Below, one piece after another: positions 60,983 to 64,000 of a stretch of DNA of 64,000 bases. The position numbers and the translations under genes are program-made. Position 1 is the stretch's first letter. Each line of letters opens with the position of its first letter. The notes beneath the pieces were generated by a model. That model had not been told where the DNA came from. It saw nothing but the letters and a program-made list of their open reading frames with translations, and did not search any database. The DNA comes from Scyliorhinus canicula (lineage: Eukaryota), in NCBI RefSeq assembly GCF_902713615.1, contig NC_052157.1, positions 12,014,566-12,078,565 of the forward strand. Direction: 5' to 3'.

Positions 60983-63380
60983 GGTTGTGTTTTATATTTT
61001 CTGTAAAAAATTCCAATAAAAATTATATTTTAAAAAAAAGTTTGAAACTATCAAAACATAGTAGCCACAATAGAAACATAGAACAGTACAGCACAGAACA
61101 GGCCCTTCGACCCTCGATGTTGTGCCGAGAAGACAATGCAATCATAGAATTTAAAAATATATTTTAATGTAATTCATTCCAACGTCGTAAAAATGAATTC
61201 AAAGTTCCAGGAAGGAGAGTGCAGTCCTCAGTGAGGAGAAATTACAAATAATTACATAAAATGAACGCAACAAAATATAATATTGAGGCCTGCTAATAAG
61301 CTCAAGAAGCTTAAACACAGGATTCTGGGACCCAGAGACACTGCCAGCAGAGAACAGGCATACGCTATTGCCACCACTTTTGTTCCTGAGGTTTTTGATT
61401 CACATTCGGCGCTGCTAGTTTAATGACTCCATTTTAATAACTTATTATGTTTCTGAAGTACAGACCCAGCTGCCCAGTTTGACTGGGCTATCCAGAAACC
61501 CCAAACAAATGAAAGCAGGAAGGGATGGGGGTTTAATTCCCCTGGCGCTGCATTAGTCAAATTGTTCACAAAAAATCTATTTGTGCTTTATTTAACTTAA
61601 CTCTTTACAGCTTAATAGGTATGGACTGAGTAAAAAAAAACGCAAGGGAATTTTATTTGAACACATTAACTAGTGCAGTAACTGTGTGTGTGAGAGAGTG
61701 CATTGTGGAATAAAGTTTTGCATTTATATAGCATCTTTCATTACCTCAGGTTGACCCAAAGTACTTCACAGCCAATGAAGCACTTGCGATTTGTAATCAC
61801 TGTTACAATGCAGCAGCCAATTTGCACACAGCAAGATCCCACACACAGCAATGTGATAATGACAATTTGTTTTGAGTCTGATTGATTGAGTGATCTTGAA
61901 AAAAAGAATTTAGAGTACCCAATTCTTTTTTTCCCCCCACTTAAGGGTCAATCTAGCATGCCCAGTCCCGCACATCGTTTTTTGGGTTGTGGGGGTGAGT
62001 CCCACGCAGACACAGGGAGAATGTGCAAACTCCACACGGACAGTGACCCGGGGCCAGGATGGAACCCAGGTCCTCAGCGCTGTGAGGCAACAGTGCTCAG
62101 CACTGCCTCACCGAGCCGCCCTCATTGAGGGGTAAATGTTAGCCAGGACACAAGGGAGAAAAACCCTCGTTCTTCGGAATAGTGCCATGGGATTTTGTTT
62201 GCCCATCTGAGAGAGTAGATTGGGTGGCAGTACGTTACTGTTCACTCCGGGAGTCTGGTTGCCGTGGCAACATGCGTATTGTAGCCTGAAACTATGGTAA
62301 GTGATGGTAGAGGCTCCAACTTATTTTTCCATTGTGTGGTTGACCAGGAATCTCTCCCGATCTTACCGACGGGCATTGATGTGTGTTGAAAAGTTTCACA
62401 ACCTGCTTGGCTGCATTATGAACACACCTTCCTTGGTTGACAAGACCTGGGGTGGGGCTCAGACCCAGATCCTCTAGCTTAGAGGCAGAGTCGCTACCCA
62501 CTGCACATCTCCACTGAGAGTAGATGTAACCTTAGTTTAACATCTCATTAGAAAAGCAGCACCTCCAACATTCCTCATTGTTGCAACGCAGCATCAGCTT
62601 AAATTTTTGTGCTGAAGTCGCAAACCCACAACCTTCTGACTCAGGAGCAAGAGTGCTTCTTGCTGACGGCTTTCAGTAGCTGTTTTCTTTCTAAACTAAA
62701 GCGAAATAGTCCAGCTATTGGGTATTTGAACTGAAAATAAAGTGCTGGAAATACACTGCGGGTCAAAGAACAACATGAGGAGAAAACCAATCCACCTGAA
62801 ATATTAACTTTTTCTTTTGGAATATGGGCATTGTCAACAACGCCAGCATTTATTGCCCATCCCTAATTGGCCATGAGGAGGTGATTGTGAGTCGCCCTTT
62901 TGAAGCACTGCAATGTGCATGTGGTGAAGATGCTCCAGCAATTTTGTTAGGTAGAGTTCCAGAATTTTGACCCAAGGATGATGAAAGAACAGGATAGATT
63001 TGTAATATATCTGTAAACTGTTATGACTGGTCCCTGGGCAAGGTCTCCAGATGTGTTACCCTCTGTCCCCTTGTGGGAACGATCTCAGCACAAGCCCCAC
63101 TTTGTTACAATTTGGAACGGATACCCTAAATTAGTTATGCCCTCGGGTGAGGAGGGATGAACCGGTTCCCTTTCTTTATTCAGCCCCCCTCAGTTGGTCA
63201 GAACAAAATTACTTCCAGAAGGATCCCTTCCTTGCCAATCCCTTGAACAGGTGGAAGTAAAAACTCTCATGATACTATTTGGAAGAAGATCAGGAGCATT
63301 ATCCTTGGTGTCCTGGTAATTATTTATCTGTCAGTCAACATCACAAAAGCAGATAATCTGGTCATCAAATAATCTTTATG

Positions 63381-64000
63381 TTAGGGATAGTCAGCATGGA
63401 TTTGTGATGAGGGGTAAGTCTTGCCTCACAAATCTTATTGAATTCTTTGAGGAGGTGACCAAGCACGTGGATGAAGGTAAAGCAGTGGATGTAGTGTACA
63501 TGGATTTTAGTAAGGCATTTGATTAGGTTCCCCATGGTAGGCTTATGCAGAAAGTAAGGAGGCATGGGATAGTGGGGAATTTGGCCAGTTGGATAACAAA
63601 CTGGCTAACCAATAGAAGTCAGAGAGTGGTGGTGGATGGCAAATATTCAGCGTGGAGCCCAGTTACCAGTGGCGTACCGCAGGGAGCAGTTCTGGGTCCT
63701 CTGCTGTTTGTGATTTTCATGAATGACTTGGATGAGGGAGTTGAAGGGTGGGTCAGTAAATGTGCAGACGATACGAAGATTGGTGGAGTTGTGGATAGTG
63801 AGGAGGACTGTTGTCAGCTGCAAAGAGACATAGATAGGATGCAGAGCTGAGCTGAGAAGTGGCAGATGGAGTTTAACCCTGAAAAGTGTGAGGTTGTCCA
63901 TTTTGGAAAGACAAATATGAATGCGTAATGCAGGTTTAACGGTAGGGTTCTTGGCAATTTGGAGGAGCAGAGAGATCTTGGGGTCTATGTTCATAGATCT
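63381..64000 (+). mobile_element. CR1 RT fragment, same subfamily as the 15724-20412 element; runs off the window
   Basis: Nearly identical to 18900-19520, with in-frame stops. Confidence 0.9.

Larger units (their letters stand above)
55697..61039 (+). mobile_element. 5'-truncated L1 split by the CR1 insertion; 11-bp TSD
   Basis: Frameshifted ORF2 C-terminus (LPRFLFLFQCLP...RCVRCAGSPANHAHMFWAC); AATAAA near 61015 plus A tail; TSD gtttgaaacta at 55686-55696 and 61040-61050. Confidence 0.88.

Noticed and set aside
46600-64000. miR-7-2, which lies upstream of AEN in human
   Set aside because: I looked for TGGAAGACTAGTGATTTTGTTG and its reverse complement by eye and did not find it; it may lie outside the window.

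Overview
Vertebrate genomic DNA, very probably from a shark (catshark-like), judged by dense HE1-type V-SINEs, HER1/CR1 LINEs and DeuSINE-like relics. It holds two spliced minus-strand DEDDh exonuclease genes in tandem. AEN has a non-coding exon near 46.3 kb and coding exons 43567-44310, 41233-41433 and 34715-34921 (383 aa). An ISG20 orthologue has exons 15216-15446, 5317-5517 and 2078-2218 (190 aa). This is the same order and orientation as the human AEN-ISG20 pair. Most of the rest is mobile DNA: two large CR1 LINEs (one with an intact 967-codon ORF2), three L1 relics, a Penelope-like element, a Harbinger relic, a Rex1/Babar fragment, a solo LTR and many SINEs. The best leads are: (1) a conserved GGGTTTAAAC-TAA slippery site joining CR1 ORF1 to an AUG-less ORF2 in the -1 frame, in two divergent copies (candidate programmed -1 frameshift); (2) an ISRE/GAS/kB cluster in ISG20 intron 1; (3) hammerhead ribozyme motifs in the Penelope repeats; (4) HE1 SINE heads carrying three different 3' tails, one with L1-type TSDs. 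Exon coordinates were worked out base by base; most repeat boundaries are approximate.
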